Shown one piece after another: positions 36,326 through 53,487 of a DNA stretch of 64,000 nucleotides. The position numbers and the translations under genes were made by a program. This DNA is from the human T2T-CHM13v2.0 reference genome, Homo sapiens, in assembly GCF_009914755.1 (NCBI RefSeq), contig NC_060930.1; one strand, 5' to 3'. The notes under the pieces are model-generated. The model worked only from the letters and a program-made list of their open reading frames with translations, ran no database searches and had not been told where the DNA came from. Position 1 is the stretch's first letter. Each line of letters starts with the position of its first letter.

Positions 36326-37519
36326 TACTATATATGAGTGTTTTTTTTTTAGATATACACCGGACCACTACACACTAGACAAAAATAATGCAACACAAGA
36401 CAAGAATGATTTCTGCCTTCACAGGGCTCCGGTTTAGAGGGAGAGACAGGGACGTACACAAGCAAGAGAATCTGCTGAATAAGGCCATTTCGGATACGCA
36501 GGGAACACCTGTAGATGCACCCAGCCAAGCGGTGTCCTGAGGCATCTGTGTTAGCACCATGAGTGACAGGAAGAGGAACAAGATTGGGAAACTGCAAAGG
36601 AGCAAAGGGAAAGCAGGCTTCATGGGGAAAAGCATCTTTCCAGACTTTTTTCATTCCTTTACTGTAGAGTTAGTATATATTTTTTTCATACATTACACAA
36701 TGAATTTACCCATATCTAATGAAGGCCTTTCTCCTGTGGCTCTAAAATTGTATGATCCCTTTGGAATCTACTGAGTGCTTTCTATGGACAAAGTACCATA
36801 CTGGATATGGGGAATACAGAACAGGCTTGGTTAACGCTTTCCTTCAAGGAGCAACAGTCTGATAGAGAGACAAGGTATCTACACAATTTTGTGTAAACTA
36901 GAAGATAGTATGCTAGTCTCATGAAACTGTTAGTGGCAGCATAGCCCAAGCTGCCAAAATGACTAATAGCCAATGAATACAATAGAATCTGACACATTGT
37001 TTTGGGAATAGTAACTGGAACATGCTTTTAGGAACTGCAACATTAATTTTTCTATGAATTATTCTTTTTCCTATAAATGGAATTAATATAATTGTTTTAA
37101 AAGTTCTTCCTCTAGAAGATGGTTGTCTCCTGTCCCTCTACCCCTGCTGTGACTGCCATGAATAAATATTAGTATATTTGCAGCATTTGAAAGTAATTGA
37201 GATTCCTTGATCAATTAATGTGCTATTTTAATGTTTGAAATTAAAACAAATTAAACAACAAAAACTGGCAGAGGCAATTTCCTTACTATTAGAAGGTATA
37301 ATTTATTTTTATAAGAGAAAAAAATCTTAGTAAAATAGAAATATATAAATGACCATGATGATTTTTGTTTCAAGTATGCATATCTAGCACTGTTCATATT
37401 CTAGGTTATATTTCATTTTGTCTGAAATATTTAAACAGCAATAAAGAAGATCCATCAGAATTTGTTTTGGCCAATTTTCCACAGATACACTAATTCTGTA
37501 ACACAAAACAATAACATCA

Positions 37520-37753
37520 TTCTCATTTAACACTTAAGGGCACTTATTATGTGTCAGACATTGTTCTAATTAGTTTACCTATAATATCTCATTTAATCTT
37601 CACAATTCTATGAGGTAGGTCCTGTCATTATTCCAATGTCATAGATGAGAATTAAAACACACACAAAACATCATATAACTTGCCCAAACTCATACGGCCA
37701 AGTGTTAGAGTCAGGATTCAACCTGGCAGCACGACTCCAGAGTATACACTCTT
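37520..37753 (-). mobile_element. MIR SINE (adjacent to MER11 insertion site)
   Basis: GCACTTATTATGTGTCAGACATTGTTCTAA..ATCTCATTTAATCTTCACAATTCTATGAGGTAGG..ATAGATGAG..AACTTGCCCAA. Confidence 0.8.
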
Positions 37754-37759
37754 GTCCTA

Positions 37760-38813
37760 TGTTGTGGGAAGGCAGGGACCCCGAATGGGGGGACCGGCTG
37801 AAGCCATGGAAGAAGAACGTGGATTGTGAAGATTTCATGGACATTTATTAGTTCCCCAAATTAATACTTTTACAATTTCTTATGCCTGTCTTTACTGCAA
37901 TCTCTAAACATAAATTGTGAAGATTTCATGGACACTTATCACTTCCCCAATCAATACCCTTGTGATTTCCTATGCCCGTCTTATCCTGTCATCTCACAAG
38001 CTGAGGAGTATGTATGTCACCTCAGGACCCTGTGATGATTGCGTTAACTGCACAAATTGTAGAGCATGCGTGTTTGAACAATATGAAATCTGGGCACCTT
38101 AAAAAAAGAACAGGATAACAGCAATGTTCAGGGAACAAGAGAGATAACCTTAAATTCTGACCGCTGGTGAGCCGGGCGGAACAGAGCCATATTTCTCTTC
38201 TTTCAAAAGCAAATGGGAGAAATATTGCTGAATTCTTTTTCTCAGCAAGGAACATCCCTGAGAAAGAGAATGCACCCCTGAGGGTGGGCCTCTAAAATGG
38301 CCCCCTTGGGTGTAGCCATCTTCTATGGTTGAAACTGTAGGGATGAAATAAGCCCCAGTCTCCCATAGTGTTCCCAGGCTTATTAGGACAAGGAAATTCC
38401 TGCCTAATAAATTTTGGTCAGACCGGTTGCTCTCAAACCCTGTCTGCTGATAAGATGTTATCAATGACAATGGTGCCCGAAACTTCATTAGCAATTTTAA
38501 TTTCGCCCTGGTCCTGTGATCTCGCACTGCCTCCATTTGCCTTGTGATATTCTATTACCTTGTGAAGTATGTGATCTCTGTGACCCACACCCTATTCTTA
38601 CACTCCCTCCCCTTTTGAAAATCCCTAATAAAAACTTGCTGGTTTTACGGCTCCTGGGGCATCACGGAACCTACCGACATGTGATGTCTCCCCCGGATGC
38701 CCAGCTTCGAAATTTCTCTCTTTTGTATTCTGTCCCTTTATTTCTCAACCCGGCTGACACTTAGGGAAAATAGAAAAGAACCTACGTGACTATTGGGGGC
38801 AGGTTCCCCGATA
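37760..38813 (+). mobile_element. MER11 solo LTR (HERV-K11/HML-8, ERV2)
   Basis: Starts TGTTGTGGGAAGGCAGGGACCCCGAA, internal ATTGTGAAGATTTCATGGACA repeats, AATAAA near 38626, ends GGGGGCAGGTTCCCCGATA; 6-bp TSD GTCCTA/GTCCTG. Confidence 0.95.
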
Positions 38814-39239
38814 GTCCTGTACTAAGTAACACTATCCAATAATTTATTTTGGAAGAGATAAGACTGAATTTTCTAGTGATGATATTCTTTGTGAGCATTC
38901 AAAGTGTTGGGCATTAATTAAAATACATAAAAATAACTAGAAATATACTATACCTCAGTGAAATTTCTACATGAGGTTAAGAAGAAAATGTAAGTTTTGT
39001 GTTCTTATCTGCTCTTTCCTATGTTCACTGCTAGTGGCTGCTAGGAGCTAAATGATTTCTATAAAAAAAGGACTTCCTGAAAACTGTTCCCTCTCTCATG
39101 TTCTAACACCAGAGAAATGGTCCTTAAGTGCTGGTGAAGACAGCCTGATAATACAGCAAAGGAAAAATTATGCAAGTCTAAAAGACTAAGGGTTAAAATG
39201 TAAAATGGCTTAATATGCCTAGTATTTTAGGCAGTCTTT

Positions 39240-40335
39240 TTTTTTTTAGATATGACACCAAAAGTATGGATGAGAAAAGAAAAAAACCGGATTTCATCAA
39301 AATTAAAACTATTGTGCTATAGTATTTCAAAGGACATCATCAAGAAAATGAAAAGACAACCCAGAGAATAGGAGAAAATATTTACAAGCCATCTATCTGA
39401 AAAGAGTTTTGTATATATAACATATAAAGAATACTTTAAATATACAAAAAAATCCAATTCAAAAATGGGCTAAAGATTTGAATAGACATTTTCTCCAAAG
39501 AAGATATTCAAATGGTCAACAAGCACATGAGATGATGCTCAACATCATTAGTAATTAGGGAAATGCAATCTCAAACTACAATGAGATATCACTTCACCAC
39601 CATCAGAAAAGCTAAAACAAAAAAGACAGACAATAATAAGTGTTGGTAAGAATGTAGAGAAATTTGAACCCTCATACATTGCTGGTGGGATTATAAAACG
39701 GCACAACCACTTTGGAAAACAATTTGTGAATTCCTCAACACACAAAACATAGGGTTGCCATATGACCCAGCAATTCCATTCCTAGATACATATCCAAGAA
39801 AAATAAAAACTTATGTCCACACACACAAACGTGTACATGAATGCTCACAGCAGCATTACTCATGATAGCTAGAAAGTAGAAACACAAATACTTACAAACT
39901 GATGAATGAATAAAAGATGGTATATTCATACAATAGAATATTACTGTACAGTAAAAAGGAATAAAGTACTGATGCATGCTATAACAAGGGTGAACCTTGA
40001 AACATTATGCTGAGTGAAAAAAGCCAGTCACAAAAGACCACATATTGTATGCTTAGATTTGTATAAAATGCTCAGAATAGGAAAATCTATAGAGACAGAA
40101 AGTAGATTAGTAGTTGCCTAGAGCTAGTACGTTGGAGTGGGGGAGTCTGAAAAGTGACTCTAACGGGTGCAGGGATTACTGAGAGGATGAAGAAAATGTT
40201 CTAGAATAAAATGTTCCAGAGATTGTGGTAATGGTCACAGAACTCTGTGAATGTACTAAAAACTGCTGAACTGTATGCTTTAAATAGGTGAATTTTATGG
40301 TATGAGAATCACATCTCAGTAAAGCTGTTTAAAAA
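39240..40335 (+). mobile_element. L1MB 3' end (ORF2 C-terminal relic + 3' UTR)
   Basis: GATTTCATCAAAATTAAAAC..AAAATGGGCTAAAGATTTGAATAGACA..CCATATGACCCAGCAATTCCA..ACAGAAAGTAGATTAGT..CTCAGTAAAGCTGTTTAAAAAA. Confidence 0.92.
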
Positions 40336-42514
40336 ATAATAAGCAGGTTTCATCAAAGGTCAATTCTGTGCAAAATGTATGTTATTAATAATAAGTTCAT
40401 TTTTAGTTCATCTTTGTTATTTTTCTAGGAAAAGTTAATTTATTTCTAAAGGTCATTCATAGGACACACTAGGGTCCCCTGGGAAATGAAAGTGTTGCAC
40501 TGGAGAAAAGATGTCCTCATTTTCTCAGTTGTGGATCCACTGTCAAACACTTGTTGTCTTAGCTCACCTGAGTCAATCCTGAACAAGGCATATTTAATTT
40601 GAGAAGCCTCATTCCCAGTAGCAAGTAAGGTCTAAGAGTGAGCCTTGGTATCCTAGGCAATTGTGTAAATTTAAGGGATCTACATCTGGAAGAAGCCATA
40701 ATATTCTCCCTATTGCATCAGCACCAGAGCTCCTTACCCCACACTCTTTCCTAAATATGGTAAAGCTTTGGTTCACTTCTCTACCTGGGGCTGAATCCTT
40801 GACCTGATCTCCATTTCAGGGACACTGACACTCTCCTTAGCTCTCATCATCCATCTCCTGAAAAATCTGGACATATGGCTGAGCCCTCAGCTGCTTCATG
40901 GGGTTCTCTTCAGAATGGGACAGGTCTCCCAGGACCATGACACAGCCTGCCACATGCCACCATCCACTCATCATCACCACTTAAGTGTGTCTGCCAAATT
41001 TAGAGGAATGGAAGGGCAACCAAGGGCTTTTTAAGAAGAAAAAATAGCCTCATGAATAACTGCAAGTTGATTTTCAGTGTTAAAACTGTAACGTGTATTT
41101 ATTAGATCTTCGCTGGCTTTCAACATCATTGTTGACTCACAAAGTTTACTCTCCAAGCTGCAAATCATACTGTCTGCTGTTGTCTCCAAGTTTTGCAAAT
41201 ATTTGAAGTTACCCAGAAAGGTATTGAATGTATTCTTGCCAAACTGGCAGCCTACAAACTCAATTTTTCAGTTTTGCAGGAGTCACACATTCATTTTATG
41301 TGTGATGACCCTAGACACCCTTAATATATTTGTTAGGCTCAACTAGGTAATGAGAAAGACAGAAAAATTAATCGTTTCAATCAACATAACCCTCAAAAAA
41401 GTAGAATCAAGGTACCAGTAATCTATCCTTGCTGAAAGCCATTGCAAATTATTATTTCATGATCACTAGAATATGGCAGTAGACATGAAATGGTAAGAGA
41501 AAGTCATAGTTAAGTTTATTAATAATAAAGTTTGTCTAGTTTCATTTCACCACCATGGCTATATCCAAGCACATATGCAAAATTAAACTATCAATCACCT
41601 GCTACTTAAGTAAAACCTAGGACAATAATTCAGGTATGTAAATGTGAGATTAAAAGAAGGACATCTGGAGAGCAATGTGTAATAATGAAAATTCTTCACA
41701 AACATTTTAGGGAGCAGAGATGCGGGGTACAATTATTTTGAAAGAAAGAAAAAATTATTTCATTTTCTGGGTAAGCTTCAACTGTCAACATTTGCCAAGA
41801 ATTTGTGAGCAAAGGACTGTCTTTCTACTCTCCTTTCTCGTCTTCATTCCTATAGCATCCTTACGGGACATCTTTGGTCCTCCAATCCTTTATCTCTTAG
41901 TAAAATCATTTTATGTCTTCATTATTCATAGTTGAAATATATTATGACAATCCTTTCTCAATTAAGAGTGAAAATTTTACAAACTGAATATGGATGAACA
42001 ACTTTAATGTTACTATTGTGAGTTGTTTGCCCACATTTAAAATGCTTTTAGCTTCTTTTATATAACTTAAACTTGTGTAGTTATTCTTAATGAATTCTTG
42101 AGACTAATTTGGCTCCTGGAAACTCAAAAAAGTTTAATTTGTTTAAACTAAGATGGACTGAATACTGCTTTTCTAAATACATCACTTTTTAAAATCCATG
42201 ACGGAGACTGGCAGGTTGGATGGATTTCTGCACTGGGGTGTAACCAGGTTTCACCAAGTCCGGCCTCAACTCTACCTAAGCTTTCAGCTCTAGCTTTTAT
42301 ATATATAATATTTTAGTAGAAATGGATTTTGGAGCCTTTACTAAAAGTATTTCAGGATTCCCAAAGATTTTTTTGTGATTTCAAATAAATAAGGTGATTA
42401 ACGCATGTTTGTCCCAGATATTTATACTCTCCTTCCTCAGTCCCCCCACCCCCACCTCAAAAGAAACCTGCCACATTTTAGCTTCACTGGTTTCCTATTG
42501 ATTTAAAGTCTGGA

Positions 42515-42681
42515 TTCTTAACCTAGAACTCTCATGGACTTAGGAGGTCCAAAAACCTGAAAATTTGTAAGCAAAATATATCATACTGTGTTTGCATTTT
42601 TTTTTTCTGGGCAGAGTGACTATGGCTTCCACCTGATTTAAAAACAATTTTTTTTTACTTCAATATGTTAAGAACCACTAG
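42515..42681. mobile_element. Non-autonomous hAT-Charlie fragment (similar copy at ~53700-53835)
   Basis: TTTTCTGGGCAGAG..ATGGCTTCCACCTGATT..GTTAAGAACCACTA terminal motif. Confidence 0.5.
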
Positions 42682-43626
42682 TTTAAGAGAATATAAGAAA
42701 AGGCTCTGCAGGAAGAAGAAAGTACTCAAGGAAAATGATTTTTCTTACAGGGGTTTTCTCACGTTGGTACTTATCAGGGCACATTACATCATACTAAGAA
42801 GACAAACATCCTAAAGAATTTGGACCAACATTGGTGCTGCAAATTTGGATGTGCTTAACTTAAATTCTACTATAACACTGTCTACTTAAGATTATTTATG
42901 AAATATAATGCATGCAATTATTTCTAAAATATCTACAAAATTAATCTAGCAGCTTTATCTATTGAGCCTGTGCCCATAAATCAGAATGTGATTTTCCATA
43001 TCAAGCCTTCAGGAAGACAAAGAAAGATAAATTTTATTATTTAAAAAATGCATGTCACTGAGGGAGAGTTTATAAAACCACAGTAATGACTGGCTGCAGT
43101 AGTGGTGTGATTCCATGTGGACCTCAGAGAAGAGAACTAAATCATTCAGGACTTCCCCATTGCTTCCATATGCACAGTCATTTCTCTGTAACTGATACAA
43201 ATGTCTCTGGGAGAAATACAAGATGTCAGAAGTATTTCTGACTGACCTACACTCAATTAGCAATTACTCAAAGGTCAGTCAGAAAAGAAAGAACTACATC
43301 AACACCTGCTACTTATAAGGAAGCAGTTAGAAAGATGAAAAAGATAATGAATTCTTTCTATATGGTATCATATATTAAGAATTTGTGATGTTTTCTTAAA
43401 TATCTAATGTTGACATCATTTTCTCAAGCATACTAGGCACAAACACAATTATGAATGTAGGAAAAAAATCCTTCCATTTTGTTTAAAGGGCTACCACAGA
43501 AATAAAGCAGTAGTGTTCTCACAAAGCTTTGTGCTGCATAGTAAGTGCTGTGATTCTAGAACTCTCACATTTATTTTTCATATAAATTTTTAATGCCTCT
43601 ATACAATACATTTATGTAAAATGGAA

Positions 43627-43642
43627 GCTCCCTCTAGTGGCA
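43627..43642 (-). promoter_or_regulatory. CTCF core motif
   Basis: Minus strand TGCCACTAGAGGGAGC matches the CTCF core CCASYAGRKGGCRS except at one position (A for C). Confidence 0.65.
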
Positions 43643-43696
43643 AAAGAAGCTTTATTTTGGATTTGAATAGCTGCTTCCAAACCACCCTGATTATAT

Positions 43697-45055
43697 CAGC
43701 GATTCTCAAACTTTTTGGTCTTAGAAGCTTTTGTTTCATGTAGGTTTTATTTATTACTATTAACCATATTAGAAATTAAAACAGATTTTTAAAAAATCAT
43801 TCATTTAAAAATAGCAAAAATGAACTCATTCCATGTTAACACATAACATTGTTATGAAAAATAACTGTCCTTTCCAAGCAAACAAAAACTGCAAGAAGAG
43901 ATAGATTGTTTTATATGTTTGAAAAGTTCTAGTGTCTGACATAATAAATGACAGCTGGATTTTCATAAATGCTTCAGTAGTCAATCTTTTGCAAGATGTT
44001 TTGGTTGATGTATATTTTTAAAAGTTAGCTCTCACATAGACATAGAGTTGAAAAAGAAAGGAGTAATTGAATAGCTTTTTAAAATAGCTGTGGGTATTTT
44101 TCTTTAATACTACACCAAAACTTGACAAGTAATCATTTCTTAAAGATTAGTTGCAATGTGAAATCTGAAACCATATCAATGTACTCTATTACATTAAAAT
44201 TCACTGGCCTATCTTTCACTTTGAATGGATCTCTTACTAAGCATAAATTTTACCATCATGTACTGGTCATTTTGAAAATATTGCACTGAGTTCTGCAGTT
44301 CTCCTAAATGTTGACATATGTCATTATTTAAAAATCATATTCATTAATATCACCACCCACCTCATCAGGAAAGTCTTTACATATTCAGAAGCAGTCATAC
44401 TCAGAGTGGCATATACAATTTTCTAATACTTTTTTCTAATTCTAAAATTCAAGCTTTCAAGTAAAAGTTCAAATTTGAAAACAAATATTGTCAGTTGTTC
44501 TTTTGAAGTGACAGACTCACTATGTTATTTTTCAGAAAATGCATGTGAAATACCCAACTATGAATAATAGCAGCTTGACAGTTGTTCTTTCAAGTAAACA
44601 TGATGTTCCACGAAAAAGTGGCTAGTTCAGCTAGCAACTCAAAGGACCCACATGAACTTTTCCTCAAGACTGCCCTTGTGCTTGGGTATGCAGTAAAAGT
44701 ATCTTATGTGTACTTTTCATTTCATCACACAGATTATTAAAAAGACCATGCTCAAAAGTTGAGATTTTTACTGCTTCATCAAGGACACTCTTAAGAAAAG
44801 TTGCCTTCTCCTTCTCCTGTCTCTTCTCCTTCTCTTCACGTGAATATGTGGCAGTAAATAATACAATCAGTCTAGTGCCACTTAGATTTGATTCATGCTA
44901 AGGCACCAGCATCTTACTCACCACTGATTTTTGCACCATCAATACAAATCTCAACACAATGAAACAGACAAAGAGCACCTTAATATTATTATGGGACTCT
45001 CTTGACAGTGACTAGAAGATTTCAGGGGTCCATGGACCACAATTTGAGAAGCAGG
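43697..45055 (-). mobile_element. Charlie1a-like hAT DNA transposon
   Basis: Ends CAGCGATTCTCAAACTTTTTGGTC and GGACCACAATTTGAGAA; internal Charlie1 text (ACTACACCAAAACTTGACAAGT..TTAGTTGCAATGTG). Confidence 0.85.
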
Positions 45056-45364
45056 ATTGACATAATACACTGGACTACATAATGTTGAACTGAGAGACCA
45101 ACTGGTTGGCATCTTGAATTAACAGACATAAACACTTAAGTTCAGAAAGTCCAAAGTCGCATTCCTGTACAATTACCATTGCATTCTGCCTCTAAGAAAG
45201 TGCTTTAAATTCTGGGAGTCTTTGCCTGAATGTAATTTTTTAAATAATTATGACTATTAAAAAATGTTCAACATATCCTTCTATTCTCATAAGGGTCCAA
45301 ATTTCAGTTTAGTTTTTTTTCTCATTTATTCAGGGACTATTTAAGGCAAAGCTTCTGTAAATGA

Positions 45365-45371
45365 AATATAC

Positions 45372-45436
<65 letters not shown>

Positions 45437-45446
45437 AAATATATAT
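45365..45446. repeat. Compound (TA)n(CA)n(TA)n microsatellite
   Basis: Read directly. Confidence 0.95.
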
Positions 45447-47446
45447 TCTTCATTCCTACAGCATCCTTAGGGGACATCTTTGGTCTTCTCATCCTTTATC
45501 TCTTAGTAAAATCATTTACATATAAATTATTACATATATATAATCTATAAGCAAATAATTTTTTCACTGGATTACAAATAGTATATAATTTTGACCTAGA
45601 ATATATCTCAGAGCCAATTTTGAATTATAACATTACTAAAACATTGTTTTTTAGTGCTCGATATTATATTTATAGTAATTTTTCTAAAGTGTTTCTATAT
45701 TTTAGCTGTGAAGTGTTATACATCAATGCAATTCTAGACTAAAAACATTCTCAATATTCTACAGGTTAAATAAAAAAGACACCTATGGATTGCTCTATAA
45801 GACACAGGTGTGGTTGCTATAAAAATAGCTATATGTGAAAGATACTATTTGAGTACCCAAGTTAAATGAAAGTGTATCAAGTGCTTTACAATCCAGAATC
45901 CAATAAGTTTAATAAAAGGATTAAGAAATCTAGTAAATCTTACCTATTTCTGATCTAGCTAGAAATCTGAATAACCAAGAGACTCCCCAAATGCTAAATA
46001 TTTATTTCCTTCTTAAGAAATACATATAGGACATACGATCACTTATTTTTGTCCATTTCAACATCTATTTCTCCTGAACTTTGTTCTGACCACCTCAGTA
46101 TAGGCAGTAGCAGCAGCTGGTGAAGGATCATGGGAGAACTGTGCACAATTAACGACAGTAGCAAGGGCAGCATGAACATCTTACTATATTCACTTCAAGC
46201 AAGGACTTCCAAATCATAATTAGAGAAAATGTGGATTTGGATTCCTTTATTGTTGATACAGAAGGCCCAAAGCCTTATGTTGTAAAACTGCAGTTTCCAA
46301 ACTTTGTAGGCACTAAGAGGAAATTTACAACTTTGATTCTGAAACCTGTATGAGATTACCTAGGGCAGGTTTGCTAGGACATCCTCTTAGTCATTACTCA
46401 CTTTACTAGTAGTTCATAATATAAAAGGCATTTCTCTGTCCTTCATGAGAAGAGCATAGGATGCCACCTTTGAAGTATGTATAGCACAAATATCCTTACT
46501 GTTTTTTTTTTTCCATCTAGTAATCTATTGAAAATTACACAGGGATTTGTGAGAACTAGGATAAAACCTAGTTTTTTTTTTCTTTAATAAGAAATGTCTA
46601 AGAATTTTATTGTTGTATTGCAATTTCATATAGAAACTAGGATAAAAATTGAATTCCTTGATGTCGGTCTAAAATAAGTTTCTGGAGAATCATGATAAAA
46701 AATAATTTTGATATTGAAGTGTGTATAAAGTAATGCATAACATACGCAATTCCTATTTTGACTTATCTCTTTGTAAAGGTAAGGGGTGGAAAGAATTTGC
46801 ATTTAAATTTAAAAAGTAGATGAATTGGCGTTTACTAGTGAGATGTGATTTGCTTTCCTTTAATAGATAATAAAATATTGATAGCAATATAACCAAGAAA
46901 ATTTGGAATATGACCGTTTTAATTAATATCAATGTGAGGTGAATTAAAATTTCTTATCAATATATTATTATTTACCAGTTTCATATTGTTTTTTGATTGA
47001 AATGATTTGGGAGTTTTGATTAGTCTGTATATATAATGCTGCTCAAATTTATAAGATAATTACTCAATGTGCAATATTAAGACTGATTAGTAAAATACCT
47101 AATGAGTTGTGTCATATAATGAATGCTTAGAAATTGCTTTAGGAAGCAGATAACAATATATTAATTTGGAAATAAAATTTTTATACATTGACATTGTTCA
47201 CAGAGAGAAAATAAGTAATTAATAGACTACTCTTCAAGAAAAACAGAGAAAAATGATCATTGTAAATGACTATTAAAATATTTAAGTTGAACATCTATAT
47301 ACTAGTAAGTTTAGGAATATCTTAAGCATAAATTGAATTTTAAAAAATTATCTCTGGAGCATAAGTCTCTTAAACTTAATATTCTTGTACTTATTTGACC
47401 CTCCTACATAGCAGAAAACAGTGTAGTTTAAAACTAACTAGATGGT

Positions 47447-48088
<642 letters not shown>

Positions 48089-48151
48089 TCAGACTAGGCA
48101 TCATGTTAACCGGCAACTAGGAGGCAAAAATGAGAACTGATCCCGTAAGTC

Positions 48152-48325
48152 ATTGGTACTTAAACTGTAGTGAACATCATACTCATCTGGGACGTCAATA
48201 ATATAAAATACAGAGTCACACTTACAGAGATCCAGATTTAGAAGAGATAGGGCCAGGAAAGCCCTTTAACAAGTAACCTAGGGGATGCTGTTGAAAGTGA
48301 TTTCTTTGACCACACTCTAAGAAAT
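48152..48325. mobile_element. MER5B-like hAT element
   Basis: GGTACTTAAACT..CATCATACTCATCTGGG..TTTAACAAGT..GACCACACTCTAAGAAA. Confidence 0.55.
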
Positions 48326-48539
48326 CTTTTCACAGAATACATATGAGCACTCAGGGACATAAAGTCTCTAAAAGGGTGGTAGGCTTAAATAACCGAAATT
48401 TGTAAAATACTTAAAGTACAAATAGAGTTGTCCAGAAGAGATTTAAGCAGTAATAGGTAAAAACCTCTTACTATGTGAGGGACTTGTCAATAAAACACAT
48501 CCACCTATTTCTAAAATGTTACCCAATATAATGAATTCA

Positions 48540-48895
<356 letters not shown>

Positions 48896-49768
48896 GAAAA
48901 CATTAAATATCCTTTTGTGTTAAATTTTTTAAATATGAGAAATAAAACACTGAAAAATATAGTACTACATTTGTCTTTGGGCCAAGATTGTTTCACATTC
49001 TAAACAGAGAATTAAGTTTGCACTAAATATTGCCTGCCAGGGCTCTTTTCCAACTTTGATTTCATAAATATAAAGTACATCTAAAGAAAAAGTATCTATA
49101 TTTACGTATACTTTCAAACATGCCTTTCATTAAGGTCTTCAGGGTAATGTGCAGAGAAAAAGACCTATGATTCAATGGAAGTGAGCAGTAAACTTGCTCT
49201 CTCCAATATATTGTACTGGACAAGGAAATGATGAGTCCATGATGGAATGATGGGGGAAAAAATTAAACTCATAGTCCTCACAGAAGACTTAGATTTAAAT
49301 CCAAACTAAAATTCTCCTATCTGAAATATCTTTCAAATGTTATAGTCCCGAGTAGGTGGCAAGCTCCTCCAGGATGCTCAGTACATTTATTGCACAATAG
49401 CTATTCAATAAATGAATGAAAACGTGCCTTTACTATATGCCAATGGTCAGGGAGAGGTAGTTGTGTAAGAAAAGGTTTGGGATTCTAGATTTTTTTTCAG
49501 AGAGATATGAAAACAAATAATTATGCTTATCTGTAACTTATTAAGGACTCCAGAGCAAGAAATTCCTATTAAAATGGCATCTTAAGTTCTCAAATTCAAT
49601 TGTATTATAAACGGCAAAAACTTCAAAAACGTTTTTTTGTGGAAAAGACTTTATTTACTCACCAAATAGCTTTTTTTTTTTCCTGCTAGGAACCTAGGAA
49701 GTCTTTTATTTTTTTCAGGCCTTTTGCATCTAGGTAGAGACCTGTGCACAATGGATGTTTGTTGAATA

Positions 49769-49908
49769 TAGATGCTCTTTGACTTGCAATAGTGGTTATG
49801 TCCCCAAAAACTCATGGGAAGTTAAAAATATCTTATGTTGCTCATTTTCACACCATCGTAGAGTTGAAAAATCATTAAGTTGAACCTTGATAAGTAGAGA
49901 ACTGTCTG
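49769..49908 (+). mobile_element. Internally deleted MER47/Tigger5 element
   Basis: AGATGCTCTTTGACTTGCAAT..GGTTATGTCCC..CACCATCGTAGAGTTGAAAAATC..AAGTTGAACC..CTGTCTG, TA flanks. Confidence 0.75.
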
Positions 49909-50645
49909 TATATGTTTAATTAATGATATGATTATATTCCCCGACGATTTTCAATGATAGAAATGTGTAACAGAATATTCCATCTACTTTCACATATGTA
50001 AACTCACTTAAGGCCTCAAAATCCCCTGGAAAAGCAAATAGAGTTTGGCAACTTTCTGGTTTACTTCCAGATTATAAATGTTCCAATAGGTTGAATATGC
50101 TAATATAGCCAATGTCATCAAGATTAAGTTCAGGCTCAAGAATAAATACATTAAATAAACAAAGAAACGTAACTACCAATTTTATTCATTGAAACAAACA
50201 GTCTAACAATCAGATAAGAATGCAAAATTATACCTACCAGGCTCTTAATCATAGCACTGTTAATAATGACAAAAATAAAAACAAAACAAAACAACAACAA
50301 AAATATTTGTAATGAACATTACTGGGAAGTGGTTAAACAAGATGTATTACTTTCAAATAATAAAATCTGACGCTATTCGACCTTCATTTACTAAGATATA
50401 GAGATCTACAATGTTTTAAGGAAAAGAATGATATTTAGAATATGTTTCCATTTTGGTCCTTGTGATTGTATATTTGGAAGAATATATACCAATATGTTAA
50501 GAATGCTTATTCTAAGTAGAACGGTTATGGTTGATTTAAATTACTCTTTATGTTTTCCTATAACTTCTCAACTTTTACAAACAAACATATTTCCATCACA
50601 ATATTAAATATAAAGCTATTTTTAAATTGTTACCACTTAAAATGA

Positions 50646-50985
<340 letters not shown>

Positions 50986-51424
50986 GCAAGGAAGATATTT
51001 TCAATGGTCATAACTAAATCAATGCATAATTTCATAATTTACTATGCATTTCATTATTTCAGTCATTTTACTTTCAATTTAGCATTCTGCTTTGAAAGTT
51101 GGTAGTATTTTAACTACCAACTAAGTATTTTAACTATGAAATGTTCTCCATTAGCAGATTCACCTTTCCAATGAAGTAGAGTTCTACCTAGAGCATTCTT
51201 GTCTTTTCTTTCCTCTAGCTGAATTTAGGCAAAACTAATACATATATTTAGACTAATACTAAATTCTCCAGGAATATTTGGATTTCATGTTACTATGTTT
51301 CCAAGTGAACATTATCTAATAGAAGCTCTGGTCAAAATCTAAGAATAATGGAGAAGAGTCTTAAACTTTTAAAACAAAACTAGTGTAAATTATTTTAGAA
51401 AATTAAAAACTGATGCTTGTCTGA

Positions 51425-52965
<1,541 letters not shown>

Positions 52966-53009
52966 TTAAAATCAGATACTTGGATATGAGAATTAGAAAT
53001 AAGGAAATT

Positions 53010-53487
<478 letters not shown>

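Noticed and set aside
37823-37980. Repeated ATTGTGAAGATTTCATGGACA with spacer, superficially array-like
   Set aside because: Intrinsic internal repeat of the MER11 LTR; not CRISPR.
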